A DNA stretch of 32,000 bases from contig NW_008806282.1 of the NCBI RefSeq assembly GCF_000400465.1, positions 150,001 through 182,000 of the forward strand. Direction: 5' to 3'. Under the pieces are notes generated by a model, which saw nothing but the letters and a program-made list of their open reading frames with translations, made no database searches and was not told the DNA's origin. Shown here piece by piece: positions 29,610-32,000 of this stretch (its first letter is position 1; each line of letters starts with the position of its first letter). This stretch comes from Wallemia ichthyophaga EXF-994 (Eukaryota > Fungi > Basidiomycota). Made by a program: the position numbers and the translations under genes.

Positions 29610-31652
29610 TCACTTTTCACCATGCGTCGGCTCTATTTTGTCAGCAGCCTTCTCAAGCACGGCCTGCGCGAAAGGCTGTGTTGGACCAGAATGTATTGGG
29701 GACGAGTCACTGTCCACGCGAGGACTCAATACGCCGTCTCTGATAACCAATGGTGGCGGGTCTGTTGGTTTAGGCTCCCAGAATTTGAACGAGCGCGAGT
29801 GAACGCCGTAAGCAGTAGGAACCATCTCGATAAGTTCACCGCGAGGTCTGCGAAAAGGCGTTATTAGGCGATGGTTGACAGATCAGCTTTATGCACCACC
29901 TACATTTCAACGTTTGGAATCTCAGAAGGTGGTAATCCTGTTAGATATGCGATGAGACAACGAATAACAGATCTGCACCTCAAATTAGTTGCGTTCATTC
30001 TCCTCAATATACCGCACTCACGCATGACAAATAATCAACAGATCATCTTGCTCTCTCTCCAATTCGAATATAACAGGCTCGAGTCTGACGCACAAATCGT
30101 GGTATGATTCTCCCCTTGGCGTTCTAAACGAGTAAGGTGCTTTGAGAGACGAATGCCAGTCGTTAGGGAACTGCTCCCTAAACTCCTCTGGACCAACACC
30201 ATCCAAGACACCGGGGTTAATTTCCGACATTTGCGCCCTTTCATGCACTCTATAACCCAATCTCACGAATGGCCATGCGGAGTGATATGAGCGACGGCGA
30301 GTAGATGTCCAGACCTGTATAATGTGATGTAATGCAATGTGAGGTGAGCTTGGTTGAGCAGCTATACGAATCCACCCACCGAGAACTTTCTGTCATTCTT
30401 AGGCGCTCTTGACTCGCCCCTCTCCTTGCGCTTCTGGCGCTGTTTGTCCAGGATGAAATCGGCCAGCTGGCTGGTGCTGTGTTAGGCAAATGCAAGACAA
30501 AGAAAACTAAGCAGCAAACGTACTCGGCATAATCCCAACCAGCTGCAGCTAAATCTGAATCAGCCTTGTACGAGTGCTCGACAATAGACTGCCCATTTCT
30601 TGCAAAGTAAATCGTGCGTGGTTTATTGTGAATGTTCATCAGATAAAAAACAATACGTGACTGTATGTACACCTTAGCGATGTTTTAGCGACAGTAGCCC
30701 AACTCACCTGCAGATATCCTTCAATTTTGTTGACGATAATTCTTTGGCCGGAATTCCATATCTTTACGTAAGGGAATGACTCCTGGACTGTCTCATACTG
30801 GTCCTCGTGTTCGCGAATCCTCTTCCAGTAATCTTGAACTGCTTTTTCTGAGTCCCATTTGTCGTACTTCATAGGGCTGTCAGATGGGGCTATTAAGCAC
30901 CGCTCAACTTACGTCTGGTGAACTGATCTTGACCTGTGAGACATATTAGCACGGCTGCTTGGAAAAACACAACTCAAACGCACATTGCGGATGTTAGCTT
31001 CTACAGTCTCGGCTTGATCGCAGAGGCATTCTGGGCGTTTATTTTGTGAGATGTGTTGTTGATGTCACAGAGTATCACCTACCGAGGAAGATGACATGTA
31101 CACCAAGACCCTCAGAGCCGAAACGCTTAAGAATTTGTTCTCTACCAGCGGCGCCAGAGTTGTTTGCATCATAAATGGCCACCTGACCGCCGTTATTTAC
31201 GAAAAAGTCCTGGATGTTGCCCTGGAGCTCATCGACGACCCTGTCACGGAGCTTCTCAGTCTCTTGTGATTTACCAGTGGGGAGAAAGTAGTCAGGTGGG
31301 AGATCCTTAGCGCGTCCGACAGTCTGGCGTCTGTGGTCGCCGAGGGAGAAAGTGCCAACTTTGACACCAAGCCAGCGAATGTAACGCTCAATAGATCTTG
31401 ATACGTGGGTTTTACCTCTGTAGGGAAATCGTGTGAGATATTACTTCGTAACTAGGCTCACACCCACCTTGCTGGCAGACCTGAGTGGATTCGATTAGAT
31501 TAAGTCATCGATGGAGATATTTAAACGCACCGACAGCGACAATGAGCAGATTTCCTTGGTGCCACAGTTTTCCTGAGCTTGTGGTGTATAACGGGGCTGT
31601 AGAAGCATAAGGCTACGTGTACACTCGCTGCTACTGGCGTCTCACCAGCCAT
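29610..31652 (-). CDS. 6-phosphofructo-2-kinase/fructose-2,6-bisphosphatase family protein, YLR345W-like; complement(join(29610..29847,29904..29972,30022..30314,30380..30470,30524..30660,30708..30866,30913..30933,30984..31030,31083..31417,31468..31480,31531..31596,31646..31652)), 491 aa
   Basis: Eleven introns of 46-65 nt give one open frame. N-terminus MAAPLYTTSSGKLWHQGNLLIVAVGLPARGKT..RYIRWLG; VKISSPDY; EGYLQSRIVFYLMNIH; EINPG; RTPRGESYHDL..RLEPVIFELER; LIICHASV. Confidence 0.9.
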
Positions 31653-31680
31653 GATTGTATAGGAGGAAGAACTAAATGAA

Positions 31681-31991
31681 TTAATTGCGCTTTGATTGTA
31701 CATATGATTCAGTGTAGTGCAGTACCTTGTCTGCCATTTGATCTGCTGTCGTGTTCTTTCCAAACGCCTCCACAAACTCGCCATTTGGATCCATCAAGTA
31801 CATGAAAATGGAGTGATCAACGAGCTGTGATGGTTTGTTAGGCTGGAGATAGAGTAGAGCCATTTAAACACCCACGTAGTCGTCTTTTGGTGATATATTT
31901 GGCGGTGTAGAGAAGTATACCCTGTATACCTTGCAAGCGGCCTTTACATTCTCCCAAGGACCCGTAAGACCGAGCATACGAGGATGGAAGC
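31681..31991 (-). CDS. SCO1: Sco1/SenC mitochondrial copper chaperone, last two exons complement(join(31681..31824,31876..31991)); 5' part outside the window
   Basis: FHPRMLGLTG..VKAACKVYRVYFSTPP..DDY|LVDHSIFMYLMDPNGEFVEAFG with the conserved copper-ligand His. Intron 31825..31875. Confidence 0.92.
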
Positions 31992-32000
31992 CTGTAGTGC

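Noticed and set aside
509-29867. Numerous 60-200 aa opposite-strand or alternate-frame ORFs (e.g. 509..1021, 2962..3540, 3353..3898, 7049..7477, 8186..8614, 8961..9323, 10707..11267, 16524..16916, 19181..19675, 19712..20272, 29007..29609)
   Set aside because: They lie antisense to or overlap well-supported genes, have no recognisable motifs, and are expected shadows of codon bias.
6688-31652. Functional cluster of carbon-metabolism genes (PDC and 6PF2K) or a biosynthetic cluster (MBOAT plus hydrolase)
   Set aside because: The genes are separated by unrelated housekeeping genes and there is no core synthase or cluster transcription factor.
1-32000. tRNA, rRNA, transposon or CRISPR features
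   Set aside because: No cloverleaf, rRNA-like block, transposase or RT motif, LTR/TIR or repeat-spacer array was seen. Small ncRNAs cannot be excluded without covariance-model searches.

Overview
Eukaryotic, fungal DNA from a very compact basidiomycete-type genome. Wallemia-like is my inference from gene density and intron size; the taxon is not proven. By hand-splicing the ORF track I resolved 14 protein-coding genes and 35 GT-AG introns of 42-74 nt. In order: PalH/Rim21 pH sensor (+), uncharacterised 253-aa protein (-), glucosidase II alpha/GH31 (-), Sld7-C-like protein (+), pyruvate decarboxylase (-), Bem2-like RasGEF/PH/RhoGAP (-), N-acetylglutamate synthase Arg2 (+), Rad5 (-), Kri1 (-), alpha/beta hydrolase (+), DCAF11/WDR23-like WD40 (-), MBOAT_2 acyltransferase (-), YLR345W-like 6PF2K/FBPase-2 (-), and the 3' end of Sco1 (-). 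I saw no transposon, rRNA, tRNA, CRISPR or secondary-metabolite cluster. Gene content is mostly housekeeping, and I cannot support a new multi-gene system. The unusual signals are architectural. Two divergent start codons lie only 21 bp apart, and two tandem genes are only 28 bp apart. Short upstream ORFs end in a TGA that overlaps the main ATG (ATGA) at gls2, ARG2 and the MBOAT gene. The 6PF2K gene has micro-exons and a predicted dead bisphosphatase domain. All product calls come from motif recognition without database searches.
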